This document shows, piece after piece, positions 43,933-56,375 of a DNA stretch of 64,000 bases (positions within the stretch are counted from its first letter, which is position 1; each line of letters opens with the position of its first letter). Location: contig OZ024749.1 of the NCBI GenBank assembly GCA_964016885.1, positions 56,482,001 to 56,546,000 on the forward strand, read 5' to 3'. Source of the DNA: Eledone cirrhosa (taxonomy: Eukaryota). A model generated the notes under the pieces. It did not search any database. It was not told where the DNA came from and saw only the letters and a program-made list of their open reading frames with translations. A program made the translations under genes and the position numbers.

Positions 43933-44656
43933 ATAGGCAGTGATTCTCAGTGGAAATATGTTAAAGAAAAATTTAATTCTTAAAGTCCTGTTATGGTTTA
44001 GTTTAAAATATCTAAAAACAGGTTTAATTCAAATATCTATAATGTCTTTAGTAGTGAACAGATTGGTGTGAAAATATGCAGGAAACTAATGACTTTAACT
44101 TGCAGTATTAGAGTAAAGACTTCAAATTTTAATGTGATGCAATCATAGTGCAGTTTTTGTTTGTTTGTTTTTTTACTTTTCAAGAACATCTTGCTATTGC
44201 AGTTTCATGCAATACAGAACTTTAAGAGTTAACCACCACCACTACCCCAATCCGACCCCACTCCATTTACTGAGACATCTATGATTAGTGTTTAAAATGC
44301 TGCTATTTGATCATTAAAGTAAAGTAAAAATTATTCTGATTGATACTAGAATAAATGTTTGAAACAAAATATCTTGACTCAGTAATTATGAAGAAATAAA
44401 AACAAATAAAATACTTATTTCCAAATCTGATAGAAGATCAATTTACTTGCATATGTTAACCCTTTTATGGCCATATCTCTATTGAAAGACACTACACATG
44501 ATTCTCATATAACTTTGGAAATAACCAAACATTTGGAAGTATTTAAAGTAATTTTTACGTGATCAAACATGATCAAATTGATGTTTCGAACATTACTAAA
44601 GAATAAAATTCTTACATAAAATTATGATGGAATGTTTTAATATAGATAAGAACTGT

Positions 44657-45014
44657 TTAACCCTTTAGCATTTAAACCGGCCTTATCTGGCCAAAATTCT
44701 CTCACCCCTTTCTGTTCAAACTGGCTGTAATGGGCCGCTCAAACTGATGTTAAAATAAATCACATCAAAATCTCATAGATTTGATATTACTGTGAAAATA
44801 TAATTGTTTCTACTTTTGGCACAAGGCCAGCAATTATTCCAGAGTATTACTGGTACTTTATTTTATCGACCCCGTAAGGATGAAAGGCAAAGTTAACCTT
44901 GGCGGGATTTGAACTCAGACCATAAAGGGCCGTAACTCTTTGCATCAAAGCATGGCATCTGACCCTCTACTGATACTGCCAATCCACAGACTATTGTAAA
45001 TGCTAAAGGGTTAA
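44657..45014. mobile_element. piggyBac-like MITE
   Basis: TTAA|CCCTTTAGCATTTA...TAAATGCTAAAGGG|TTAA. Confidence 0.85.
44803..44990 (-). mobile_element. SINE family A nested in a piggyBac-like MITE
   Basis: ctggtactttattttatcgaccccgtaaggatgaaaggcaaagttaacc...gatttgaactcag. Confidence 0.85.
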
Positions 45015-46893
45015 AAGAAGCAGTTTTGTATCACGGAACCATGAGCAGATTCAGGTGGCTTTTATATCAAAGGGCCTTTGTCTACACAGTGGCATGGTTT
45101 ACATGGATCTGCAATGTTTAGCTATAAGATGAATTGTTAGGTTTTACAGAAAAACGAGAACACTAACTTAAAATTTGAAATAATTAAAACAAGACAAAAT
45201 GGTAAAAAAAAAAAAGAAAATACAGTTCCCATTTTTAAGGTTGAATGGAAGTCATGATGATAAGAATTATATGCAGAAATACAAAATTAAAGATTTTAGG
45301 TCTGTTGTAGTGTGAAATGTAAGGAGTTTCAATAGTACTTAAACTGATATCCCTCATATCCAATAATATTTGGACACTGAAAATTTATTATATTTCCTTA
45401 ATGAAAAAAACTAAATATTTTTTTTTCCTTTTTTTTCTTCCAAATTCGTTTCACAATCCACTCGGTGAAAATATAACAACAAAAGATCAAAAAGCAATAG
45501 AAATTGGTTAGTCATGCAAATACAATGTAGGGAAGGTAACGCTAGATTGTACCGCTACACTGCAGGACCAGAGAATTTCAATAAAAGGCCATCAATTAGA
45601 TAAAAATTAATTAAATCTATTGTATAGCCACCAGCAAACAAGTATAAACTATTCAGTGTAGTTAGTTGTCGTATGCAAAAGAGGAAGAAAAAGGGGGGAA
45701 AAAACTAGGTTGTGCTTGGCATTCCTAGCAAGCTACATCAGGAATTCACTCAGCCAAAACCAGCAACGAAATCAAGTGAAAAAGGCATAAATTTGAAGGT
45801 AAATTAACCAAAACAACATTATATATAAAAAAGAAAAGAAAAAGAAAAAAAGAGAAAAGGTGGGAAGGGTGTCAAGAGAAGAAACCAAAAATAATGATGA
45901 AAACATTTTCACAATGTTTGTATGTTTTAGACAGGAGCTAATATTGAGAGCAACAACTGGGTGTGAAAGTCAATTTGAATAAACTAAACCTATGAAAAGA
46001 AACAAAAAATAACTACCTATTGCCAATTATATGTTTAAAGTGGGGTATAATTATGTAGAAAAATAACAAAAAAGTATTTTTAAAATATCTGGCATTGAAA
46101 TTGATTGTAACCCGGGACCAATACCACAAATATAAATAAAGAAAATCTGAACCTCTACGAGGTGGAGTGGCTGTTCCAGTCCTTCTCTCTCACCATCCTT
46201 AAGGGCAATGTAGTAGAAATATATAAAGGGCAAATGAGGACAAAACAAAAAGTATGGTTTTACCCAGTGTATTTCAACAACAATATTTCAGGGTTATCAC
46301 TCCCTTTTCAAATGTCGAAATGAACACTATGACTGCTCCACATGTGTGTATCCTAGACACTGAGACCCAGTTCGGGAAGAACACATTGATCATTTGTTTT
46401 GTTTTGAACTGTGTTTGTTTCTACAGCCATATTCTTTTGGACAGTACCCAAGATTCATGGTGATAGATACGGGTAGATATAAACACCAAATTGAAGATGG
46501 GGTGACGGTACACATGAAGACCAAATTGAAGATAGGGTAAGGGTAGGCATGAGGACTGAACAGAAGCTGGTTATCATCAATTTGGTGGTTTGGAAGATAC
46601 TTAACAATATATCTTCCATAACCTATACATACGTGACCTTTGACATATAAATTGTTGTTTAAATATCAGCAATAATTTATAATAATACCACCAAGGTGTA
46701 TTTCAGTGCAAAATCTAACATTTACTTGCTTGTCTTCATTAGTATTTTTGATATTTACCAAACATATCAGTAAAACTAGAATTCCGATCATTTCAACCAT
46801 ATGGGAGATATGCTGTTTGTTAAATATATACATACATATAGATATAGATATACACACGCACACACATATACATGTCTGTGTATATATATATAT

Positions 46894-46924
<31 letters not shown>

Positions 46925-47050
46925 GTCATATAAGTAAATATATATATATATATATATGAAAATCATTCAAATGTTATAAGCATACTTCTATGTGTCAAGG
47001 AAACATTTGTGCGGCATATTCAAAGAACAAAACAAGTGTGCGTGTATATA

Positions 47051-47085
<35 letters not shown>

Positions 47086-47921
47086 ATACATGTATATCAT
47101 ATATATATATAAATATTTATGTCTACCACTAGGTGATATGTGCTGATTGGCACAATAAGCTATCAAAGACAAAATGAAAACATCAGTTCCAGCAACCAAT
47201 TCTACTTTATTCTATCAACAAAATGGTGGAAACAAAGCAGACAAGAGCAGCTCTAGTTTAGACCTAGATACAGCAGAAAAAGGTTAGCTGCATTAAATAT
47301 TTACAGCTAATGAGTTCCAGCCTCACATAGTGGTCAACTGCATTTAACTTCTAGCTTGGACATTAATTGTGCAGGGTTAGGGTTAAAAGCAAATTGCTGC
47401 CATCGCTGCTGTTACATTAGGCTACTTTTCTCTGTCGACATCTGTTAGGACTGAATATTGTTACGTGGCATTAAATGAAGAGATGTCACTCATCATCACC
47501 ATCTCCATCATCATTGTTGTTGTCATGATCACCATTGTTATCATCATCATCATGGTTGTCATCATCATCATCATCATCTTTTGATGAGTTGTAGTGTACC
47601 TGAGCACTGTACACAATAATTATCATCATTATCATCATCATCATACATTTTCCATGATAGCTAGCATGGGTTAGACAAGTTGTCCTGTTGTAAGACAAGT
47701 CACAAATCAGGTGATCATGTCTTGCTCATACAGAACTGCTTCTGGCTTGGTTTCTAAAGCTGGACACCCTTTCTAACCACATTTACAATGTCATGATACC
47801 GACATGACCACTTTACACACAAGAGATGTCAACATGAATGGACCTGTTATTTTTCTCTAAAAACATTTTTTTCCAATTCCACCCCACTCGTCCCCTCAAA
47901 TCTATCTTATTTCTCATTCTT

Positions 47922-47957
47922 TCTTCTGATGAAGGATTAGCGTCCGAAACGTTAAGA
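47922..47957 (+). ncRNA. minimal Penelope-type hammerhead ribozyme motif
   Basis: TCTT-CTGATGA-A-GGA/TTAGCG/TCC-GAAA-CG-TT-AAGA; palindromic ACGT stem III typical of dimer-active minimal hammerheads. Confidence 0.7.
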
Positions 47958-48689
47958 CCCTCTTCCTGTTATATCAAGCGTTAACCTAATATATCCCTTC
48001 CATATACTGTACCGATTGTGTTGTTATTTCTGTTTACCTTTTACATACATATATATTAAAATATTAATACATGAAATTATTAATGATATTGTCTGACAAA
48101 AGTAAAGGTTAACCAAAGTGTTAAATATAGTCACTGTTAGAACCTGACAGTGACTGGTGATGTTGGTGACTATGACGATGACATTGATGGTGACGATGAT
48201 GATGATGATGATAGACAACCTGTGCCACAAAACTAGAGGTGATTCTAAAAGTGGAGTGTTTCTCTTACAAAGAAAAAAAGAAAAAAGAAAAAAAATGATT
48301 GGGGAAAAAAAAGGGTAAATTTTCCAAGTGAAAGACAATGATTTCCATAAAACATCCAAGAATCTCTGGAAGTTAGCAGCTAATCTTAGAAAACAATATC
48401 TCAGTTATTCAAATGTTGAAATCATATCTTGAAACATATAGGAGAATAAATAAATAAAGAGAAAAAGAAAGAAGAAAAAGAACGGGGAGGGGATGGCATG
48501 AGCTCTGGTGTCGCAGAAGAGAGATGGGGAGAAGGGGGAGGGTTATAAATAAATATGGCTATAAATATATAAATAAATAAATATGGCTATAAATATATGT
48601 TTTAAAATGCAGGGATACAGGGAGTTATGGTTATGAAATATGTTTGTGTGTGTTTATATATGAATATGTGTATGCATGTGTGTGTGTGT

Positions 48690-48808
48690 GAAAATGTGTA
48701 TTTATAAGACAAGAGTGTGAACATATTGTATTTATATGTTTATATATGTGTGTGTGTGCTAAAGTGTGTATCTATAAGACAAGTGTGTGAGTATATTATA
48801 TTTTTGTG

Positions 48809-48842
<34 letters not shown>

Positions 48843-48890
48843 AAAGTGTGTATCTATAAGACAAGTGTGTGAGTATATTATATTTTTGTG

Positions 48891-48922
<32 letters not shown>

Positions 48923-48970
48923 AAAGTGTGTATCTATAAGACAAGTGTGTGAGTATATTATATTTTTGTG

Positions 48971-49002
<32 letters not shown>

Positions 49003-49110
49003 AAAGTGTGTATCTATAAGACAAGTGTGTGAGTATATTATATTTTTGTGTATATATATGTGTGTGTGTGTGTGAAAGTGTGTATCTATAAGACAAGTGT
49101 GTGAACATAT
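48690..49110. repeat. tandem repeat of about 80 bp, 5-6 copies
   Basis: aaagtgtgtatctataagacaagtgtgtgagtatattatattttt(gt)n. Confidence 0.9.
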
Positions 49111-49434
49111 TATTTTGTGTGTTTACATGTATATATCTTGTATTTTAGTAAGAAATGAATGGTTATATATATATATATATAACCAGCTTTATTCTCAATA
49201 TATATATATATATATACACACATATATATGTATGAGTATGCATATATATATATATAGTGTGTATGTGTGTATGTGTGTGTGTGTGTGTGTGTGCATTTCA
49301 TTGATTTTTCTAAGAGTTAAAATAATATCCCTGGCAATATATATTGGAGTACATTGTGTCTGTGTCTGTGTGGCTGTGTGTGTGTGTGTGTCTGTGCATG
49401 TGTCTGTGAATGTGTCTTTGTGTGTGTGTGTGTG

Positions 49435-49468
<34 letters not shown>

Positions 49469-50385
49469 TAGGTAAGTATATGTCTGTGCATGTGTGTGTA
49501 TGTCTGTATATGTGTGTGTCTGTACATATGTGTGTGTATGTGTCTGTCAGTGTGTATATGTGTGTGCCTGTATATGTGTATGTGTCTGTCAGTGTGTATA
49601 TGTGTGTGTCTGTCAGTGTATATGTGTCTGTCTGTATATGTGTATGTGTCTGTCAGTGTGTATATGTGTATGTGTCTGTATATGTGTATGTGTCTGTCAG
49701 TGTGTGTATCTGTCAGTGTGTGTGTGTCTGTCAGTGTGTATATGTGTGTGTGTGTCAGTGTGTATGTGTCTGTCAGTGTGTATATGTGTGTATATACACA
49801 CCCCCGTACACAGAGAGTTGTTTATTTATTCATGCATGCTTGAAGATACAAGTGTAAGCTCTTATCACTTTTTATGCAATATTCCCTTTCTAAAATCACT
49901 CATACACACATACACATTCATTATACATACATATATACATACACACACATACATATATATATACATATATACATACACACACACACACACATATACACAT
50001 ATATACATACATATATACATACACACACATATACATATATACATACATATACATATACATATATATACATACATGCACATATACACACATTCTCCTATGC
50101 AGTGATAACACCAACATGTTTTATTTTTTTAAACCAAACTTACACATACAAATCTACACAGGACCACACACACACACACAATCATTACAGATACATACAT
50201 ACACGCATATACACACACAAATACAGATTCATTACACATGCACACATACATACATATATATATATATTTACATACACATCTTTCATGCTGATATACCACC
50301 AAGATGTGAGATATTTTTTTAAAACCAAATTTACACAGGACCACAAATACACATTCATTATACATACAAACATATACATACAAAC

Positions 50386-50421
<36 letters not shown>

Positions 50422-50531
50422 ACATATATATATATACATACATATATATATATACATATATATATATACATATATATATACATATATATATATACATATA
50501 TATATACATATATATATATACATATATATAC

Positions 50532-50578
<47 letters not shown>

Positions 50579-50905
50579 CACACACACATTCTTTCATGTC
50601 GTTATATCACCAACATGTTATGTTAAACTATTCACATACAAACCTATACAGGAAAATAAACCAGTATTCTACCTTTCAAAAGCTGTTTCACTACAGAACA
50701 TCTTTTAAAAGAAAAATTCTTGTATACACATACACCAACATACACATACACCAACATACACATACAGCAACTTACACATACACCAACATACACATACAGC
50801 AACAAACACATACACCAACATACACATACACCAACATACAGCAACATACACCAACAAACACATACACCAACAAACCCCAACAAACACACTATTCTACTAC
50901 AATAA

Positions 50906-51016
<111 letters not shown>

Positions 51017-51113
51017 TATATATATATGTAGGAGGTGAGTTTTATTGTAGTACAATAAAGCAATGCAGATATCGGATAAGAAGCACTCTACAGTTTGTAG
51101 GACTGGAGTATAC

Positions 51114-51189
51114 ATAATATATAAGATCAAAAGATGGTTAAATGAGTTCCATGGAACTCATTTAACCATCTTTTGATCTTATATATTAT
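51114..51189. repeat. perfect 76-bp palindrome with no spacer
   Basis: ataatatataagatcaaaagatggttaaatgagttcca|tggaactcatttaaccatcttttgatcttatatattat. Confidence 0.95.
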
Positions 51190-51298
51190 ATATATATATA
51201 TATATAAAGTAATTCCGTCGGAAAAGTCCAGGAAAAAAGAGTGCTCTATGTAGGTAACAGAGCTTAATAGTTATGTAATAAACAATATAAGGCAATTA

Positions 51299-51358
51299 TT
51301 CCATTTACCAGTGGTTTCTTAAAAGCAAAAAATTTTGCTTTCAATCATCAGAATGAAA
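51299..51358 (-). ncRNA. type I hammerhead ribozyme motif, sense to IFT80
   Basis: TTTCATT-CTGATGA-TTGAAAGCAAAA/TT/TTTTGCTTTTAA-GAAA-CC/ACT/GG-TA-AATGGAA: intact core, 7-bp stem I, long stem II, short stem III, GUA site. Confidence 0.8.
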
Positions 51359-51608
51359 AAATCCTGGTCTGTTTATTGAATTTTATACATATATATATAT
51401 ACATATATATATACATAATTGGTGTTGGATGCTTTAAGTGTCCGTATAGGAAAATCTGCTTCGTAGAATCGAGACGTATCCGAGGACCGCGCGATTTCAG
51501 AGTCAGGTTTGATCACCACATCTATCGTGCCTCGAGCTGGTCGCCCGAGAAACAATTGTAATATGTCCAATAAATTCCTTTTGTTGCAACACTGATTCTT
51601 TTTTTTCT

Positions 51609-51674
<66 letters not shown>

Positions 51675-51754
51675 CGGATCTTGCTGTCACAACAGCCGGA
51701 GCTCAGCCGTAGAGGTCCTGAATCTTTTCATATATATATATATATATATATATT

Positions 51755-51932
51755 TGCCAACACTACACCTGATATCCCCCCTCCACACCCACATGTATAT
51801 CATGACTCAAACACTGTTCACTTTCCTGATATTTGTACATTATTCTCTGTACTATACATGCACCTTTGATGAATTGTAGTGCACCTGAGCACTGTACACA
51901 GTAATTTCATTATCATTATTATTATTATTATT
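51755..51932 (+). mobile_element. CR1-like 3' UTR fragment
   Basis: Same 3' UTR as 43760-43930, ending in (ATT)n. Confidence 0.75.
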
Positions 51933-52139
51933 ATACACACACACACATATTCTTTCATTCTTTCTTTGTTATATTTAACTTGGCTAATAAATATTTAGAA
52001 AAAATATATCTCATTCCATGATGTTGCCAGATACACATTTTTGTAGGGGATGTTTTTATTTCTGGCATCACGCAGTAATACAGAGTACCCGACCTCCCAT
52101 GGGTACAAGCTGAAGCATATAGACAATATGCCCCCACAC

Positions 52140-52420
52140 CCTCCCACTGCAAAGTGGTCGTGGAGGTGCCACGGCAAAAAAGCACCCAGCCCACACTGTA
52201 AAGTGGATATGTAGGTGCCACTGAAAAAAAGCACCCAGAACTCACTGTAAATGAGGTTGGTGTTAGGAAGGGCATCCAGCTGTAGAAATCCAGCCAAAAT
52301 CAGTTCCTGTATGAGCAAGGCATGGTCAGCCGACCAGACACTGCCCACAACAGGACAACCCATCTAACCCATGCTAGCATGGAAGAACGGACGTAAAACG
52401 GTGATGATGATGATGATGAA
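52140..52420 (+). mobile_element. SINE family B 3' part
   Basis: gcacccagcccacactgtaaagtgg...aggaagggcatccagctgtag...ggacgtaaaacg(gat)n. Confidence 0.8.
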
Positions 52421-52489
52421 ACTGTTTCACTAACAAATTGGTTATTTCCTTACCTCAGACATACAATGTTTTGTTTAACCCTGTAGCAT

Positions 52490-52934
52490 TTAACCCTTTA
52501 GCATTTAAACTGGCCATATCCGGCCAGAATTCTCTCACCTCTTTCTGTTCAAACTGGTTGTAACTGGTCCCTCATACCAACTTTAAGGTATTGTTCTCAA
52601 AATAAATAATATCAAAATCTCAAAGATTCGACATTATGTGAGGTAATTATGTGAGGTAAGGTCTTTACTGTGAAAATACAATAGTATATATAGAGTAATG
52701 TAAATGTTATGTGAGATATTATGTGAGGTAAAGCCTTTACTGTGAAAATACAATAGTATATATAGAGTAATGTAAATGTTATGTGAGATATTATGTGAGG
52801 TAAAGCCTTTACTGTGAAAATACAATAGTATATATAGAGTAATGTAAATGTTATGTGAGATATTATGTAAGGTAAAGCCTTTACTGTGAAAATACAATAG
52901 TATATATAGAGTAATGTAAATACTAAAGGGTTAA
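52490..52934. mobile_element. piggyBac-like MITE with an internal 72-bp repeat x4
   Basis: TTAA|CCCTTTAGCATTTA...TAAATACTAAAGGG|TTAA; same family as 44657, with an inverted partial copy at 8013-8225. Confidence 0.85.
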
Positions 52935-52981
52935 AATATATAAACTCTATATTTCACTAACAAATAAGTTATTTTTCTTAC

Positions 52982-53071
52982 CTTGTATTTACAATCTTCT
53001 CCACCAGACAAGATGAGGCCATTGATGGCATTCCACTGCAGGACTAATATCAAAGCATCATGACCTTTCCA
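52982..53071 (-). CDS. IFT80: IFT80 coding exon: [30 protein letters not shown]
   Basis: TTGCAG| acceptor, AAG|GTAAGA donor, 90 nt, phase 0-0; LILS.GEDCKYK motif. Confidence 0.96.
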
Positions 53072-53941
53072 CTGCAATATTTGAATATGACAACAACTAT
53101 TATCAGGTATAGGAATACATTTTATAACAACAGGCAAACAGATATGTTTTAGGAGCTTCCGATTCCTGAGTCAGGTTCGATCATTAATAGATCGTTCCTC
53201 GAGCTGATCGACAGTGAAACATATGTAATATGTAATTAAATATGTATATGATGTAACACTGATTCTTTGTTCCTTTATTAATACTATTGATACTCTGCTC
53301 CCCAAGAGCATCGAGTGCTCACCCAGCATACAACCTACGGACGCAACTAACTTGCACTATATATACATATATATACATATATATACATATACCACCTTGA
53401 CTGACCAGTCTGCCGGGCGACATTCGGCGCCGCTGGTCACAGCACGTGCTGTTTGGCTGGGTGGGCAGGCGGATATATACATATATATACATATATATAT
53501 ATATACATATATATATATAATCGTCATCATCATCATCAACGTTTAACGTCTATCTTCCACGCTAGCATGGGTTATATATATTATATTATCTATGTTCATA
53601 CATTGAACAAAAGCACTACCTAAGGTTTCAAGGCCAAACATTGACCATATCTCAAAATTGTGACCTAATCAGGCCTCGCCTCTCTACTATATTTATGCTA
53701 TGGCCTCAGCCAGTCGCCCAAAAGGCTAAAACAGGTAAAAAGTATGTGATATATATATATATATACACACACACATATATATACACACGCATATATATAT
53801 ATAGAGAGAGAGATAGATAAATCTACCAAAATATACGGTGGTGTCCAATCCATTTGAAGAACTCAATGTAATCCAAATATCATGAAAAGAGATTTATTCA
53901 AATAAATTTTTCGATGAAAATCACAGGAAAACAGAGTCAAG

Positions 53942-54060
53942 ATAAATTAATAAAAACAATGAATAAAAACAAAGAAACAGCTCCTTATATTAAAAAATGA
54001 TGAATTTTTTAATATAAGGAACTCTTTCTTTGTTTTTATTCATTGTTTTTATTAATTTAT
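53942..54060. repeat. near-perfect inverted repeat, arms about 56 bp
   Basis: ataaattaataaaaacaatgaataaaaacaaagaaa...ccttatattaaaaaa paired with its reverse complement across a short loop. Confidence 0.9.
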
Positions 54061-54241
54061 ATATATATATGCAAACGAATCGAAAATTATTATTATTATT
54101 CGATATGAAACTCACGAATGTGTGTGTGTGTGTGTGTATATATATATAGAGAGAGAAAGAGAGAGATATAATGGTAGATAAAACATCATTCCTTAGGGAT
54201 ATACACAACTTCAAGCAACTCAGACATAAGGAACCTGACAA

Positions 54242-54272
<31 letters not shown>

Positions 54273-54605
54273 TACACAGAATAACTGAGAGAGGTTCCCA
54301 GTAAAATAATCTAAAACAAGAACACTTCACAGGCATGTTTCCAAGTAGGTAGATTCCTAGTAAAGGAATCTAAAAGGGAAGCAATTCACTGAAACCATTC
54401 TGCTTGCTCCCCTTGTATGTTCTTCAACATAAACAGCTCGTTTATATCGTGAATCTTAGTTTTATTAAGCAAAGTAGTTTATCAATATATATTGAAGATT
54501 CCCTCATTATGTAATTTTATTGAGTTTTATATATAATAAATAAACTGAGTAAAATAAGAAAGATTTGATAACAGCCATTGAAATACAGATGTTTTCTGAG
54601 TGCGA

Positions 54606-54667
<62 letters not shown>

Positions 54668-54824
54668 GTGAAGCGTGTAAGGGAATTAACTTTTGGTGAA
54701 TTATTACATATATAGTCATTAAGTATGAAATGTCCGAGCTCAAATTGAAAGTTCAAAAGAAAATCGGACACTTCATACTTAAGAACCTTATATCCCCACA
54801 ATTCCGAATTTCAAATCAACTAGT

Positions 54825-55020
54825 GTCGGTAGAGCGTCGGACAACATACTTGGTGTCAGAGTTACAGCCCTTTGTATTCTGAGTTCAAATGCTGCAGAGT
54901 TTAGCTTTGCTTTTCATCCTTACGAGGTCGGTAAAATAAAGTACCAGTAACACACTGAGGTCGATTTAATCGACTTTCCCCTCCCCTGAAATTGTTGGCC
55001 TTGTGCCTAAATCAGAGACC
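54825..55020 (+). mobile_element. SINE family A, ending about 15 nt from an IFT80 donor site
   Basis: ggtagagcgtcgg...ctgagttcaaat...tttcatccttacgaggtcggtaaaataaagtaccag. Confidence 0.8.
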
Positions 55021-55035
55021 ATTCTTGTAACTTAC

Positions 55036-55145
55036 CATGATAGGTTTAGAACCAGCTTGTTGAGCTTTGATGATCAATTGTTTACCATTGGTGAACACGA
55101 GTTGCTTCGAGTCTGGGGCCCATGCCAGCGAATAAATAGGAGCAC
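55036..55145 (-). CDS. IFT80: IFT80 coding exon: (S)APIYSLAWAPDSKQLVFTNGKQLIIKAQQAGSKPIM
   Basis: Polypyrimidine tract plus TCAG| acceptor, ATG|GTAAGT donor, 110 nt, phase 1-0. Confidence 0.95.
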
Positions 55146-55194
55146 CTGATGAAAGAAAGAAAGAAAGAAAAAAAACAAGTAATATATAGATGTT

Positions 55195-55400
55195 GATTGC
55201 TGGGTGAAGAAGTGTCAAGAAATCCCAGTGGAAGTGAGCTGTAGTAGTGGAAGACCAAAGAAGGCCCGTGCAGAGGTGGTGAAAGCTGACCTCAAATTGC
55301 TGAGACCGCAGAGGAGATAATAAAGGTTTGCGACGTGTGGAGAGATGCTGTGCTGAAAAGGACTCGTCCAACCCATGCAAGCATGGAAAAATAGACGAGA
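55195..55400 (+). mobile_element. RTE-clade LINE 3' end, truncated
   Basis: ggaagaccaaagaag...gaggtggtgaaagctgacctca...ccaacccatgcaagcatggaaaa. Confidence 0.7.
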
Positions 55401-56375
55401 TGGTCGCAGCTGGAATGTCTTTAATCGTAGTTCTGCTTGAACAGGATGCCAGACCACTCATTTACCAGCCCTCAACCTTCTTAAAAACTTTTTTCAAAAC
55501 TCCGATGTTCTCGCTTTCTTCCCACTCACCATTTCCTGAAGAAGAACTTATGCCCAAAGTGCCAAACCTTCCTCTACTTCCCCCTAAGCATGATACTAAT
55601 AAGACCTTGTATTTTTGCATCTCTGTGTTTGTGTTGTTATTACTTGAACTAACTTGATATGAGACTAAACAACAATTTTAACTTTTAGGAACCAATAAGG
55701 AAATCTTCATGTGGTAGAAACAGCAGCAAAATTTCTCTCTCAAACAAAGATAAAACATGTTTTACCTCTCAATATTCCTCCAGGTACAAATACAATGCCC
55801 AGATAGTTGAGATATTGGACTAATAGATGGTAAGAATTTATATTGAACAATATTTAACAGTGCTGTGAAGTGGTTGGTGTTAGGAAGGGTATCCAGCTGT
55901 AGAGAGCTTGCCAAACAAGAGGTTAGGAGGACCCATTAGTTGTGTCAAAGACATGACAACCTCCCTACTGTTGGTGATCTACATGATAAATACAGCCAGT
56001 ACATGCTATAAAGTGGTTGGTGTTAGGAAGGACATCCAGCCATTGAACACTTGCCAAACAAGGGGTTGAGAGGACTCTTAAATTGTGTCAAACATGACAA
56101 CTTCTTGTCTGTATTCCATAAAACGTTAGACGATATGTAAGCGAGATACAGACCTTTCAGCCTGTTAGTAGCTCCCCTTCAGTATTGACATGGTCAAGGT
56201 AGACCTGTCTAACCCTTGCTAGCAGGGAAAGTGGACATTAAACGATGATGATGACTACCTTTATGGCTATAAAATTACTTTGGGATTCCCACTAGATTGC
56301 AAAAGTCGTGTGTGTGTATCCGTGTGTGTGTGTGCATGTACATGAATACATATTTACAATAACAGGTACACCTAC

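Noticed and set aside
45705-45762. Imperfect hairpin as a novel miRNA
   Set aside because: Only short paired segments (ATTCCT/AGGAAT, GGTT/AACC); too weak without small-RNA data.
47370-47390. TAACCCTAACCC (minus strand), resembling a telomerase RNA template
   Set aside because: Only two telomeric units; no convincing pseudoknot or H/ACA domain by eye.
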